DNA of 64,000 nt from the human T2T-CHM13v2.0 reference genome, Homo sapiens. The notes under the pieces are model-generated. The model worked only from the letters and a program-made list of their open reading frames with translations. It ran no database searches and was not told where the DNA came from. Shown piece after piece: positions 33,061 through 47,990 of the stretch. Both the position numbers and the translations under genes were made by a program. The stretch is taken from NCBI RefSeq assembly GCF_009914755.1, contig NC_060925.1. One strand, written 5' to 3'. Positions within the stretch are counted from its first letter, which is position 1; each line of letters opens with the position of its first letter.

Positions 33061-34954
33061 GGCACCCCACAGTCCTGCGGGTGCACGGTGAGCAACCAGA
33101 ACTAGCCAGCTGGTCCCCCAACTCATGTCCTCTTTTGGTGGAATCTCCACACCCAGCTCTACAACCTCAAGAATCCCAAGCCAGGGTCTAGGTCTCAATA
33201 TGAAGTCAGACTCTGTTTCTGAAGCCTACTCTGTGATTCTATGCACAATTTCATGCTAATATTCACCTGGACAATGGAAGGCATGAAAAGCCATTCAGCC
33301 TCGTTTGTGAAGTTAGAATTGTCAAGGAAAGGGGCTGATACTTCTCAAGTAATCAGGCATGGGGCTAAAGGCTTTCTGAGTTTTGGCCAGGAGGTTGTTG
33401 TTTGATTTTACGTATCGTCTTTATTATGAGCTTTCTCACCCAACTGTTGCTGTCTGTCTTAATCACTGAAAACCATCCTCTCCTAACCTGCAGTCATGTT
33501 ACGATTTGTTTTCTCCTAGTCTCATATTTTCTCTGGATGCATTTCATCCCCAGTGTGAGGAGAAGCCATCCCTAAATCCTAACGCTACATTGTGTATTTC
33601 TAAGCACTTGCCTCAAGGCCCCACTCCCAGCAGCTATTGATCCCTGAGAGACTATTATATTTATTTGCATTGACACGGGGGCTCACCACCTTAAGTGAAA
33701 GGATAAACAATTAATGTCCCAGCTCCTGGAAGTCGGATGGCCTTTCTGGGATGCCATTAAGACTTGTCTTGGAGAGGGCTGTTTAAAGTAGCTGCTCAGA
33801 CTGAACTTTAACTAATTATTCAATCAACGATTTGGCAGGTCAGTCAATGGGAAATGATGCACAGTTTGCTGAAATTGATCACACTTCATTTCCCATCAAT
33901 TGTAAAGCCAAATTGTGGGTAAAGTCATAAGTAAAGGATCATTGCCTGCCATTCTTAGGACCATGTTTCCCTATCCCTTCCATTTACTTAAACCCCAGCC
34001 TCATCCATAAAAGCAAGAGAATTTTGCACTTACAGAGGGAATCAGTATAAAATGTTTACCACCTTCTGAGATGGAAGGGGAAGGGAGAGTGTTTTCTATT
34101 TCATAATTGATATGTTGCAGCCACATAATCCTCTAACCTTTTCCTCTAACCTTTTCGGCAGCTCAGATGTGGAGGCTGGATTTTAAATCCCATGATCCAT
34201 TATGCATCACTTACTTCCACATCTATTACCATTCCGTCAGCCAAGTGACAGGATTCCCCATCAGGGCCTTTGACTGTGTGGGGCTCTTCAACTTTATGCT
34301 GGCGGATAGGCATGTGGAACTTCATACATGGGTGATTTACAGACAATTAGCAGGAGGCAATGGCAGATTAAGTGTAGCTCTTCTGAAAAATTATGAATAA
34401 AGGATGTAAAAAGGAAGGTCCCCCCACCCAGGCCCTGCCCAGGAAAAGGCTTAGAATGATCCAAGCAGTGAATTTTATGACAGTAACTACCACCCTCTCA
34501 GAAGATGCAAAATGGAATGTGTGCTTGTCCACATTGATTGGCAGCTTCTGAAACCAATCACCGGCCCAGGTCAGTAGAGCCCCACTGGTAGGCCAACAGA
34601 TCATGAAGAAAGCAGAGACACAGACTCGGATTTCCACATAAGCTTCCTCACCTGCTTTGTTCTCCCAAGCCAACTGGCCTTTTTTCTTGCACACTGGGAC
34701 CTGATAAAAGCCTCTGGTACTTGAGATGAACCACTAGACAATAATCAGAATGGAATTTTCTGGGAAATGTGGCCATATGAAAAAAATGATCACTTTTTCC
34801 TCACAAGGATTTGCAAAGTGGAAAGAGTAGGATTTTAAAAACTGTATTTTGTAGCAGAGAAAACTAAGGTTTAGAAATTTGAATGACTTCCTTAACAAAT
34901 ATTTATTGAGAACTTGCCATGTGCTAAGCACAATATTAAGCACTGAGCTTACTC

Positions 34955-35005
34955 GGTATTAGTCGGAATTCTCCAGAGAAACAGAAACAATAGGACACTC
35001 GCACA

Positions 35006-35047
<42 letters not shown>

Positions 35048-35430
35048 GAGCTTTATTATGAGAAGTTGGCTTATGCAATTACGGAGGCCAAGACATCCCA
35101 TGATCAGCAGATTGCAAGCTGGGGACTCAGGAAAGCCAGTAGGGTAAATCAGTCCAACCTGAGACCCAGGGGAGCTGATGATATAAATCCCAGTCCAAAA
35201 GCAGGAGGAGATGAGATGAGATGTCCTAATTTAAGCACTGAGGCAGAAAAACAGGTTGTTAATCCTTTCCTTAACCTTTTGTCCTGTTCAGGCCCTCAAT
35301 GGATCTGATAATGCCAACCACACTGGGTAGGACCAGCTACTTTACTGAGTCCACCAACTCAAATGCTAGTCTCATCCAGAAACACCCTCAAGACACACCA
35401 GAAGTAATGCTTACTCTGTGAACCCTGTAG
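34955..35430 (-). mobile_element. MLT2B-like ERVL LTR containing (CA)n at ~35003-35045, inserted in an L2 (34890-34950 and 35520-35790)
   Basis: gtattagtc..ttctccagagaaacagaaacaatagga...ttattatgagaagttggcttatgcaattacggaggc...gatgagatgagatgtcc. Confidence 0.8.
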
Positions 35431-36057
35431 CTCAGTCCTCACAGGGCTCACAGTCCACCCATAAATATGTACATATATTATGTATCAATAAAAATTGTTC
35501 TAATTGTTTTAATTAAAATGAAGAGCTAGTAGTCTAGTGGAGGAGACAGACCTGAATGCAGGCAAAAATGATACAAGGTGGACAGAGCTGAAGCGGTTGA
35601 AGTGGAAGTGCTTTGGGGGTTCAGAGGAGGGGCACCTGCCTCAATTTTGGGGTGGCAGAGGGTCCAGCAAGGTCTGTGCTGAGGAAATGACATAAGGCAT
35701 CAAGAACAAGCAGGAGTGAACCAGGTGGAGAAGGCTTTTCAGGCAGAGGGAACAGCATATACAAAGCCCCAGAGGCAAGACAGGGCTTCACAGGCAAAAG
35801 GTTAGAGGCCAAAATACAAGGAGGAAAAGGGGAGAGAGGTGGGCTGGAGAGACCCAGGGGCCTGTTCGGGGAGGCGTGTGTGAGCTTGTAAGTAGCTTTC
35901 TCCTCAGAGCCAGGCCTCTGATCCCAGCATCCTGAAAGGCAGGGGGCTCAGTTTCAGCTCTAGCCAAATTCACCCTCCTCCACCTCCTCCTCCTCTTCCC
36001 CTCAAATCTCCTTCATCTACCCCCACATCCCCTCCTTCTCCACTCCTCCCCCTCATG

Positions 36058-36492
36058 CTCCTGTATCTCCTCCCTCTCCTCCTCCTGTATCTCCTCCCTC
36101 CCCTCCTGTATCTTCCCCTCCTCCTCCTCCTGTATCTCCTCCCCCTCCTCCTCCTGTATCTCCTCCCCCTCCTCCTCCTGTATCTCCTCCCCCTCCTCCT
36201 CCTGTATCTCCTCCCCCTCCTCCTCCTGTATCTCCTCCCCCTCCTCCTCCTGTATCTCCTCCCCCTCCTCCTCCTGTATCTCCTCCCCCTCCTCCTCCTG
36301 TATCTCCTCCCCCTCCTCCTCCTGTATCTCCTCCCCCTCCTCCTCCTGTATCTCCTCCCCCTCCTCCTCCTGTATCTCCTCCCCCTCCTCCTCCTGTATC
36401 TCCTCCCCCTCCTCCTCCTGTATCTCCTCCCCCTCCTCCTCCTGTATCTCCTCCCCCTCATCCTCCTGTATCTCCTCCCCCTCCTCCTCCTG
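36058..36492. repeat. VNTR, 24-bp unit CTCCTCCCCCTCCTCCTCCTGTAT, about 18 copies
   Basis: Direct reading; central copies are identical, terminal copies degenerate. Confidence 0.97.
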
Positions 36493-38509
36493 AAACTCTT
36501 CCTCCTCTTTCTCCACTCCTCCTCATTCTTGCTAGACGGAAAAAATAGTTATTTATTTTTTATTGATACATAATAATTACACATATTTATGGAGTATGTG
36601 TGCTATTTTGAAATTTTCCTTTCGGTCACTGTCAAGCACTTCTGGAGGTAATGCCTTTTCTACAAAGTGCACAATGGTCATTGCACACTCAAACATCCCC
36701 CAACCCCCTGCCCCCTGAAAGAAGGCCATATGGGCTAAGTGATCTGATCAAAGTCACTTGGTGCTAATTAGAGATGGAGCTGGGATTTAAGGCCAGGCTC
36801 TCTGTCCCAGCTGCTTTCATTGTGTAAACTGAACGCTGACTTGGCCTCTTTGTATGTCACTCAAAAAACTCACTGGGATGCACACCCTTTTAAATGACAT
36901 CTTTTTCTTTTTAGAATTGTTTCATGTTGGAGAAAATAACATGGTTCTCAAGCCTTTCAACAGTCCTACATCCACAAAAGGGGAAAGGGACACTGCACTG
37001 AAATTAGAATCTTCAACAACTTCTTCAATCTTCCCTTTTTAATTGGGTGAAAGTAATGTACTCCTAATTATTTGAGAAATGATGTGATAAGCCCCATTAT
37101 TAAGACCTCTTTTTTCTGAGTGACATGAGCAATTTAAAAGGAAGGGAAATTAACAATGGCATGAATGGTGCATTATGTGCTCCAAGTTCGGGTACAATCA
37201 TTGAACCAAAAGAGAGGGGGCAGGGGAATGAGACTGGGCTTTCTCGTAATATTTCTGAGTTGGTGAGCATGAAGGGAGAAAAAAGCCAGTCCAAGCTTGT
37301 GTTTCAGACTCTGTAATCAGGAAAAGGCAAAAAAAAAAAAAAAAAAAGGTAAAGACACAGTATCTTTCCCTTCCTTCTCAAGCAGTAAACACTGGGGGAC
37401 ACTTCTAGTGAGTGCATCTGACATCAATTTCTATTCTTCAGCATCGGAATGTCAATGAAGTAGAACAGGGGATGTTTCCACAAGATATTAAGATGACAGA
37501 CAGTCTTACTCTCTGTTCACTGGAGAGTAGAATTGGTAGCTCTCCAACTGGTATGATTTTAGGGGGTGCAAATACAAATGCCTAGGGGAACCAGGAAGGA
37601 GCTCTCCATGGGCAAGGCTGGCATGGGTGAGGGTCAAGGGCACGGGAGCATGGCCTCTCTGCACGTCAGGGCTGCTGCTCCGCTCTGCATGACTGTCATC
37701 ACAAGCAAGAGGGACCCAGGGATCCAGGTCCTCTGAGTTTTCAAGGGAGGCCAAAGGATTCTAGGTTTTATCTTTATGTGTTTAAATGACAAAGCTCCTC
37801 ATTTTGAAATGTTGCAGTGCTGTTGACACGTTACTAATAAGGTTTGTGTCCTTATGTTGTAGAAGGAAAAGTAATGGTTTGCTGAATATTATTAAAAGTT
37901 CTTACGTAGGATTTTGTAAGTCTCAATAGTATGAGAAAGAATGAATGTGAGATAGGGATTTGGTATTAAATATTAAATACAAGTCTTCAGAATATGGAGG
38001 TCATATTACAGAGATAATATGTAAAGAGACATAATATAGTACAATGGAAAGAACACTACACGTGGGATGAGAATTACTCAGGATGTCCACAGACAAGGGC
38101 TTCATTAGCCCTGCCTCAGTTTCTTCATCTGGAGAGCCAAAGATTCAATTCACAGTCCATCTAGGCTCTCTTCTAACCTTAACCTTGGTGACAGCCCTAG
38201 ACCCACACTGAAATCCATCAGAGATCCTTCATTGGCGCTGAGCAGTTTATGTTTCATTCTGAATGATGGAGTTCTCTTCCATTAGGCAACTTCAGGCAAG
38301 AAGAAGAAGACTGTATCAGGGGTTCACAACATAAAGAAAAAAGAAAGCAGGAAGGAGAGTTCTAGAAAGAGCCACCCTTTAGAAAAATTCTGGTGCACCT
38401 TCATCTTCTCACCATCACGATACCCCCATTTTTGCTTCTAAGTCTTTATAGATCATAAGTCAACTTCCTACCAACAGTTAAGAATCTTAACAACAGTTAG
38501 AAACTCAGA

Positions 38510-39000
38510 ATCCTAGCAGCACAGGCATCTTCTGAGTACTCACCATGCACGAGGCACTGTGCCAGGTACAAACATTCATATTCCTCACAACAACCCCAAG
38601 TGATAGGTTTCTAGAGAACTGTTACTGTACACATCTTGCAGATAGGAGAACTGGGGCTGAGAAATGGAAAAGCCATTTGTGCAAATCCACACAGCCAGGA
38701 GGAGGCAGATCACCCAGCACTGACTCCACAGCCATTGATCCTAATCACTCCCAAGAGGCTGAAACATGTGCTACACCAGTTGGGCTCTGGGAATCTGGCC
38801 TCAGTTTAAATCCTGCGTCTGCCACACAGTGAATGTCCTTGAAAAAGTAATTTAACCTCTTTAAAGCCTCAGTTTTCCGACCTGTCATTGAGAAGAATGA
38901 AGTAACTGCCACAAGTTTTGAGGATTAGTGAGCTCTACATAAGGGATGTCAGGTACATTATAAGCGTTCAATAAATGGTGGTGATTATTGTTATTAGTCC
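38510..39000. mobile_element. Two MIRs in opposite orientation (38510-38750 -, 38780-39000 +)
   Basis: gcagataggagaactggggctgaga... and tttaacctctttaaagcctcagtttt...tcaataaatggtgg. Confidence 0.7.
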
Positions 39001-40517
39001 ACTATCATTCTTAAATATCTTGTTTCTTACTGAACTGCTAGGAGTTGCAAAACCATCCTGTTAAGCAGGAAAAGCAAGGAAGCCACTTAACAGATGCAAA
39101 TGGCATTTCACAAGGGAGTCAGAGACAGGGGCTGAGAAGGGACTCAGATGGCTTCAGCCCAGCTCCTAGCTGACTGAACAGATCACTTCCTTGAAGCCTC
39201 TAGAGGAAGCAGTGAAATGATATCAATTCCCCTGAGCTTTGGAAGGGAAAAAGATTCTATCTTGCTTAAACTGTTCTACTGTAGAGAAATCATATGCTTT
39301 AGATGCCAGGGCAGGGGGGAGATACCCCTGGATCTTCCCAAAGGTCATTTGTTGCAGGCAGAGGGATTAAATACTTACCACTGCTTGCTGGTATGGAACA
39401 CTGAAAACACATCTTCTCTCTAGATAGAATATATGAAACAAAAAGGAGGCTCCCTTCTGCCAGCTGAGGGAAATTGCAGGGCAGTGCACTTTGTCATCAC
39501 TGTGGAAGTGCCTGGTAGAACAGGTGACATTGGGCAAGAGAAAGCCCTTCAGTGCCAGATTTGTTTTCATCACTGTGTTCTGTTCTCATCATATTGTGGT
39601 GTGAGACTCGCAAAATCTCATGCATTCTCACCACGGGAGCCTGCATCTTCATTGCTGAAGGGAAGTGGAGAGCTCAAAGCAGTTCATGCAGGCAATTCCT
39701 CCAAAAAGTTCCCCAAACTATCTGGAGCATCATCTCATTCTCCACTTCAAGTTAATTCCAAAGGCTGGCCTGGAGGAACTTCTGCACAGAATTTATAATT
39801 AGCCCAGCTTTGTGGAATAGTCAGGCCTGAGTCCTTTGTTCATGCTGATATGAGTAGCAGAAGGGTTTCTGCAAGTTCTTGCCCAGTTGCAATTGAAGTG
39901 TTTAGGCGGTTAGCTCTTTCTGCTAGAAAACTCACCTTGGGTGTGCCTGCCACTCTGGCACATGTCTTCAAAAATGTGCTTTGTCACATTTAAATACTGA
40001 TGTTTTGTTCCTAGTTATGGAAATGTAGGAGTGTCTGTCTGATGGTTCATTTCTAACCCCCAAATTCCTATCTTATACTTTAAACTGCCCTGAAAATCAA
40101 AAGCCCTTGGAATCAAACTCCAGATACACAGCCACATTGCCAACACACTACTTTAGCAAAAGATCCAGAACATATTTTACATGAAAACCTGTCAGACTGG
40201 TTTTTTATTATAAAAATAATGTAAAGAATTGAGCCAAGCACCCATGTTATTCTGATGACAAAGAAAACTAATTGTGCTAATAACACTAAGCAAAGTCTTC
40301 AGCAATCATTCTGAGCTGTAAATTGGGCATGCTTTTTTAACTGTGGAGCCTCTTTATGAGGTATATGAAGATAACAAGCATGCTTTTGAGGGGATTCTTG
40401 TGTAATTGACATTTTTTAAGTGCCGAGAATGTGGTTCTAAGACACATTTGAGACTGGGGTCTTGCACTCGTTAGGCAGTCCAAAGTATTTTTAGCTTCCT
40501 TCTCATTGGAGAGCTAG

Positions 40518-41340
<823 letters not shown>

Positions 41341-43066
41341 TTCAAATCAGTCTTTTTTAAAAAAGTAGTCAAACCAGTCTCTTTTTAAAAAAGTATTCAA
41401 ACCTTTCTTCCATCCCCTGCTTGTAAACTCACATCCTGAGGAATAATGACTTGAATAATTCTACCAGAATCCAAGAAACCAAATTGGTTGGGGGCAGGGG
41501 GTATGTTGCTTTTATTGTTTCCAAGATGAAGTTCTCTGTGAAACTAGAATGTGGTTCCTCTTATAGAACCCTCTGGAATTAGCAAATGATTCCCAAATAG
41601 TACAGGTAAGACTCCTGAGTATTAATGACTTCATTATATTTTGTTGCCGCCATACTTCAAGTCAGGATGCTTGATGACTTGATGTGATATGTGTGTGTCT
41701 CCTCCCATCCACCTTAAGATAAGCAATAGGCAATATCCAATTGTGTGAGAACCTGCATTGTTCACATGAGCCTTTGTCCTGGATAACAGCTCCTGTTCAT
41801 CAATATGATACATTGCACTCTGACTTTCTACTTCTGTCTTTCTTTGTGGATATTCCTTTCTCCTCTCTGATTGCTTTTTCTTCTTAGACCATTACTCTAG
41901 TTGATAGTGCTAGGTTATCATTGGATCCCATCTCCCTCTCCAATAAGCCTGTGATTGATACTAATCTTCCTCATGGGACACATTTTATAGGATGCACATT
42001 GGAAAACCACTCTCTAAATCTTAGCTTTCTATGTGCTGACAATTTACAAGGTTGCACCTCACACACATCTCAGGAGGCTTAAGGGGAAATTTGAGAGCCA
42101 TGTAATCACACCTCCTAATAAGAACAGAAATGCCTTTCATACACAGATGCTGTCATGCCATTCAGCAGTCTGTGCTGCGCCCCCCGTTTGTCTTTTTTCC
42201 CCCAGCCAACAAAATGCACATCTAGGGAAGTGCTATCTGGGAAGTGGCCAGTTCCTAGAAGCCCAGCATGAATCATTTCTCTCTTCTGCAGGAGAGTAGT
42301 GTTTTAATTATTCTAATGAAAGCTTTCACTTGCCATTGAATCCATAAAAGCAGAAAATTAAGGAGGTTGCGAACACCTCTCTGAAGCAGAAACCTTGCTT
42401 TATAATATACCTGCACCTTTCCTAGCAAAACTGAGACCCCAAGAAATTTATAGACACAGGATATTACCCTTCCAGTTTAACACATGCTTTGGCATTGAAA
42501 TTTTACCTTTCCAGACCCAAGAAAGTATTTTGTGAAAAGTTTTAATTTCTCATTTGAAGTTTGTACCCCTAAAATATGCCAGCCAAGAAAGCCAATATAA
42601 TGCAGTATTTGCTTACAACAATATTAGATTCAGTGTGTCCTTTAAATGAAGGCTTGTGTCCAGAAAATAGAGGGAATCATGGGACTCAAAACTTTAAAGC
42701 AACCTAGGCTAGATTAATGATTTGATTATTAGTTTATAGGAAACTCAAAGGAGGATGCTGTGGTCTCTTATACCTCAGTAAGGTCACACTATGGACCAGT
42801 AAAGTTTAAGCATTAAGAAACTGGGTTTGTTTTGCATTTTAACTTAAAAATTCAGACCCAGTTATATCCATTGTGAAAAAGTAAATATTTAAAAACTTGG
42901 GTTTTCTGGAATTGCGAGATTTCATTCCCAATTTTGTTCTCACCTCTGAAAATGGGATACTTTTTTGTATTGGCCCTTTTAGGAGAAGTGACATCTCAGA
43001 CCCCTCCTGTCTTTCTTCCTCTACCATCTGTGTTCTTTATGGATATATATTTCTTGGCAAATTTGG

Positions 43067-43453
43067 TGTCATGGGCCACATTGTGTCTCCCCAAATTTGT
43101 ACGTGGAAGTCCTAATTCCCATTACTTCAGACTGTGACTGTATTTGAAGATGCAGGACGTACTTAAGGAGGTAATTAAGTTGAAATGAGACCTTTAGAGA
43201 GGCCCTAATTCAATATGACTGGTGTTCTTATGAGAAGAGGTTGGGACACTGAAAACACAGGCCAAGGGACCATGTGAGGACACAGTGAGAAGGCAGGCCC
43301 CTGCAAGCCAAGGGAAGAGGACTCAGAAGAAACCCAATCTGCCAACACCTTGATCTTGGACTTCAGCCTCTGGAACTGTTGCGGGGAGGGATTCTGTTAT
43401 TTAAGCCACGCAACCAGTGGTATTTTGTTATGGCAGCCTAGCAAACTAATACA
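43067..43453 (+). mobile_element. MLT1A-like solo LTR
   Basis: tgtcatggg...ttttgttatggcagcctagcaaactaataca; approximate 5-bp TSD tttgg / ttggg. Confidence 0.85.
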
Positions 43454-44359
43454 TTGGGGATTTCTCCTGCATATAATAGAAACTCATTTTTCCATATAAC
43501 AAACTAAAACCCCCTTGCACATCCCTAGGTACAGCTCTGTGCATGGTGACAGTGGCATAAAGCTGTAATACTCTCCATGACTTAGTTTCAGGGCCACCGG
43601 CACCAGGCAGAGACTGGAACCCGGTAAGCACCATTGAAGCTCTTCCAGCATGGGTTCCCACTGAGAGGCAGGCAGAGCAACTGGAGGTTTGTGCTGACAA
43701 AGCGGCATGGAGCTATAATGTCCAGAGCCACTCAGAACTGCAGGATGGCACAAGTCAAGAAGGAACTGTGTCAGAGCAGAGGTGAAATCTCGGACAGCTC
43801 AGAAATCTTGGCACTGAAGGAGGCAGGAGCCTTCACAGTTAGATTGAGAGTGGGCAGTTTTTTCTCTATCTGTTGCACTTTATTATATTGTTTTTTAAAA
43901 TTATTATCATATCCAGCACCACAGGGAAGGGTGAGGCTGAGCACAGGGGCCTGGTAGAACTGGGTCATTGTAGCGCCAACTAGAAGAGTGTGAGCTACAA
44001 AGCAGGAAGAACAGTTTCTCAAAGGGGCCGGATGGGGGTAGTCATTGGGGTGCCATGAGCAGGTGTCCTGTGCTGATGCTGGCAGATTAAGCCCGCATGG
44101 GTTTGCTTCACATTTTAACTTCAAAATTCAGCCTCAGTTATATCTACTGGAGAATATACACATGAATAAAAGGGTCACTGTTAAGGAGACAGATCTGAGA
44201 GAGCCCAGATAACAAGCTGCAACCAGGCCCCAGGCAGCAGAGGAAAGGGCTGCTTGGTCAGTGTGGGCCTGGAAGCTTGGGAGCTTCCCAGAAGCCAGGA
44301 CCACAGCTTTATTCCAACACCCTGCAGCTGACCCAATGTGCTCCCCACAGAGAATGTTC

Positions 44360-44570
44360 TCGTAAGACCTTGTACTTTTCTTTCATAGCATTGGCTGCAG
44401 TTGTAATTTTGCATTTGTGCAATTCTTTGGTTAATATTGGTCTTCCCCACCAAACCGCATGTTGGTGAGGGCAGCTGGGGCTGTTTTACTCTCCACTGTA
44501 TTCCCTGTACCTAAGGTGGTCCTTGGAAAGAGCTGACTCTCAGGATATTTCTTGAATGAATGAATGAATT
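44360..44570 (+). mobile_element. L2 3' end
   Basis: ctgtattccctgtacctaag...atatttcttgaatgaatgaatgaat. Confidence 0.7.
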
Positions 44571-45432
44571 GATTCATGTTAATATCACCTCCCCTTCTCC
44601 AAGTACTCAGAATCTTGCTACTGGTACAGGAACTTATAAGATGCGTGGAAGGCCAAGGACAGGAGACAGCATCTCCCAGGGGCTCACTGAAAAGCCTGTG
44701 CCCTTTTCCAGCCTCCGGGCCTCATATTGCAGGTGCCTCCAGGCGGGCTGGGGAGCATCTCACCTCTGCCTAGCACTGTGTGCTCTGGATGGCCAGGGAA
44801 GGTCTCCAGGGCGGGATCTGATTCTAGGGATTTCGCAAGGGACTTTGATATGTGAGACCCAGAAGCTCCCTGCAGAGAACAAAGGGGCAGTGTGGACTGC
44901 CTGTGGAGCCTGAGCCAAGATATGATCTGGGCCTAAGAAGGCACCATGGCATGGCTATTCAGTAGTCCACAGTCCTGCTCTGGAGCAAACCAAGACCTAA
45001 CCAGCCACAGAGCACCAGAATCCCCAGCTGGTCAGTTCAGGGATTTAGAGAAGCTTCCTTTCTCCCAACTCCATCTGCTGTGACCCACCTTCCTTAGTCA
45101 GCCCCTCACCAGACAGGTCCTCTTTCTTGCCTCTGCCCTTTCTACCTTCTTCTGTATCCTTCCCCCGCTCCAGGCTCTCTCTCTGTCTGTGGATTCTCTT
45201 TGTCCTGGGTATAGGCATAAACATAATAGGCATTAAGAGGTACTGGAAAGCCTGATCGATTCTGAAGTCTTGCACTCCCCAGCCATCCTATTAAAAATTT
45301 TAAAATACCTAATATTCCACCACCATTATCCCTTTTGGCTTTAGAATTTACATTCTTACGCGTGGACACAATTTACTTTGTGAGAATCAACTGTGTCTAT
45401 GAACCTGAAATAGTCTGTTAAAAATGGATCAT

Positions 45433-45705
45433 GGAGCCCGTGTGCTCACGCTTGTAATTCCAGAACTTTGGGAGACCAAGGTGGGTGGATCACCTGAGGT
45501 CAAGAGTTTGAGACCAGCCAGGCTAACATGGTGAAATCCCCTCTTTACTAAAAACACAAAAATTAGCCAGGTGTGGTGGCAGATGCCTGTAATTCCAGAT
45601 ACTCTGGAGAATCACTTGAACCCAGAAGGTGGAGGTTGCAGTGAGCCGAGATCACACCATTGAACTCCAGACTGGGCGACAGAGCAAGACTGTCTTGAAA
45701 AAAAA
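45433..45705 (+). mobile_element. AluS with TSD and a small internal deletion
   Basis: TSD aaaaatggatcat at 45420-45432 and 45706-45718; right arm lacks ggaggctgaggca. Confidence 0.92.
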
Positions 45706-46970
45706 AAAAATGGATCATAGAGTAGATCAATTTTGATCAGAAAATGTCACTAATAAAGGTCTGGAACATGGGGTGCATCTGTAGCCACATGGGATCCTTG
45801 GGTGGCCCGGAGGCTGTGGTGGGGTGACCAGTTGGGGGTAACATGGTAAGGATGCTTGGAAGAAGAAAGTGAGAGAAGGGGGTCAATGGAAAGACATAGG
45901 TCAGTGGGCTCACAGCCTCGTCCACTGTGCCGGGTCATCCAGTCCCACTCAGGCTCCCTCCCTCCTGCTGCCCCTCCTCCAGGCAGTCTTCTCCCCTGCA
46001 GCTACAGGGCCCCAGCTGCCAGGCCCCAGAGACCCACCCACCCTCCACGGGTGGGAAACATGAACACAGGCAGGTCAGCTCAGTCTTCTATCACAAAGCT
46101 CACATACATAGGGAGGCCCAGCCTCGTCCAAGGCTGATTTCAGGAAAGAAGATTATTCTCCAAGATTTTCTCTTAGGAGGCAGCACCACAAAATGGAAGA
46201 GGAACTGACTGTAAGTTCTAACCTGAATTCTAGTCTTGGCTTTGGCAGTAACTCACTGGGTGACCTTGGGCAAGTTCCTTCGCCTCCCAGGGCTTCTCTT
46301 TCTTCCATGGCACTTATGTGGTTTATTTTAAAGGTCATGCATGCTATCTTTGACCTGTCTGCTGCCATTTTCTTTGGAAAAAAGAGCCCTGGGAGATATG
46401 ATTAAGGAGAGAGTCCTGGCCTGTTAGCCAGGGGAGCCCTCCTGCCCAGACCCTGTAAGCACTCTGGATAACCCTCTGCTCCTCTTATGTTAATTTCCTC
46501 CTCTTTCTCACCTATCCTGCTGTCTCCATATAAGGGCACAGCACGGCCAATTGCATTTAAAATTGCCTTCTAAAAGGCACACACATGCATCCTGGCTGGT
46601 CAGTCTTTGTGTGGAGCTGGGACTGATTCATCTCAGGGGCGTAATTCCAGCTTTGGCACTGGCTTGTGGAGGTGTCATTGAGAGGGGTTCAGAGGGCTAA
46701 GCTTACCAACCCCCCAGAAGAGGGGACACATAGCCTTGGCTCCATGTGCCAAGCAGCAGCATAATATGCAGGGCTCTGCAAAGTCAGCAGAGAAAGGACA
46801 GCAGGTGTCAACCACTGCACATGTTTTACTTATTTATTGATTTACAGTCCATCTTCCCAGTTTGTATATAGCCTCCTTCATAGTAGAGATTCAGCCTCAT
46901 TAGCTGTCTCTGGCATCCTTAGCTTGCAGAATGGTGCCTGGAAGATAGTGGACCACTAAAGAACACTTTC

Positions 46971-47022
46971 TGAATGAATGAATGAATGAATGAATGAATG
47001 AATGAATGAATGAATGAATGAA
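46971..47022. repeat. (GAAT)n microsatellite at an L2 tail
   Basis: Direct reading, about 13 units. Confidence 0.95.
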
Positions 47023-47689
47023 AATGTGTTAGGTACAAGTGTTGTGCTGTGGAACACACTCCTGGATTCTGGCTCCTGCCCCACAGGCTTGTCCCCAAAC
47101 TGATGAAGAGCAAGGCAGGCACTGCGCACAGTGGTTTGGGTCATCAGCAGTCCAAGAATGTTTTCCCCAGTGTAGGTGCTCCCCCAGGTTGATGGGAGTC
47201 TGGGAGAGGTGGTGCTGACAAGAGAGTTTCTTCACCTCCACTCCAAAGACAGAAAGCAACGAAAGTTAATGACAGAAGCAAGCAGCAGGTGCCAGTGCCA
47301 GCTCCACTGCTCAGTGCTTCTGGATCCTTTCACGGTTCTGTAATGTACTCAGTCCCCAAAGGTATATCTCCTGCCTTCTAATCACTTACAACAAAAACAC
47401 ATGTTGCCCTTTACACCAAAGATAAATTGAAAGGTGTTCAGGTTCTCTTCTACTTGGGCTTATGACCAAGTCTCAGAGCACCTACATTAGGGGGCAGGGG
47501 TGAAGTATACTTTCCCATTGGCCTCTTCCAATTGCTGGAAGTGCGAGCTTAAGAGGGGTGACCATTTATTGAGCATTTACTGTGTGTGTTGAAAACTGTG
47601 CCAAGCTCTGTAAATAAGACAACATCCCAAGGCAAGGCGACTGCAATCTCCTGAGAAATGCTGGCAAACAAACCACCATTATAACCGAG

Positions 47690-47990
47690 TTGGAGTAATT
47701 CAGGGCAGAGATGGTGGAGGGCTGGACTGAGGAGCACAATGGGAACTGGGAGACGCAGAGTTGAGAGAAATTGAGGGTTATAAGACTTAATGATTGATTT
47801 GTTGAGGAGAAGGAAAGGGAGGGTTTAATGTGACTCCCGGGTTTCTGGCATGGGAAGCCAGGTGGGATTACAACCTTCACTGCATGGAAGACAGAGTGGC
47901 AGATCTGGGGAGACTGAAGTTGAGTTCAGCTTTAGACGTGTTTGGTGGTGATGTTCTGATGTGCCGTCCAAGTGGAAAATCTCATTAGGA
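47690..47990 (-). mobile_element. L2 fragment
   Basis: tgactcccgggtttctggcatggga...gttgagttcagctttagacgtgttt...tccaagtggaaa. Confidence 0.7.

Noticed and set aside
36058-36492. Possible CRISPR-like array or PRDM9 motif array
   Set aside because: Head-to-tail repeats with no spacers, and the unit does not fit CCNCCNTNNCCNC
35970-36573. Protamine-like (RRRRGRRY)n, Glu-rich and Leu-rich ORFs
   Set aside because: All three are translations of the same 24-bp VNTR; there is no promoter, splice or homology support for a gene
35458-36592. Inverted ~36-bp sequences (ccataaatatgt...tattatgtatcaataaaaa) flanking the VNTR, resembling terminal inverted repeats
   Set aside because: Both match L1MA-type 3' termini and are probably independent tiny L1 insertions; no TSD encloses the segment and the interior is a continuing L2
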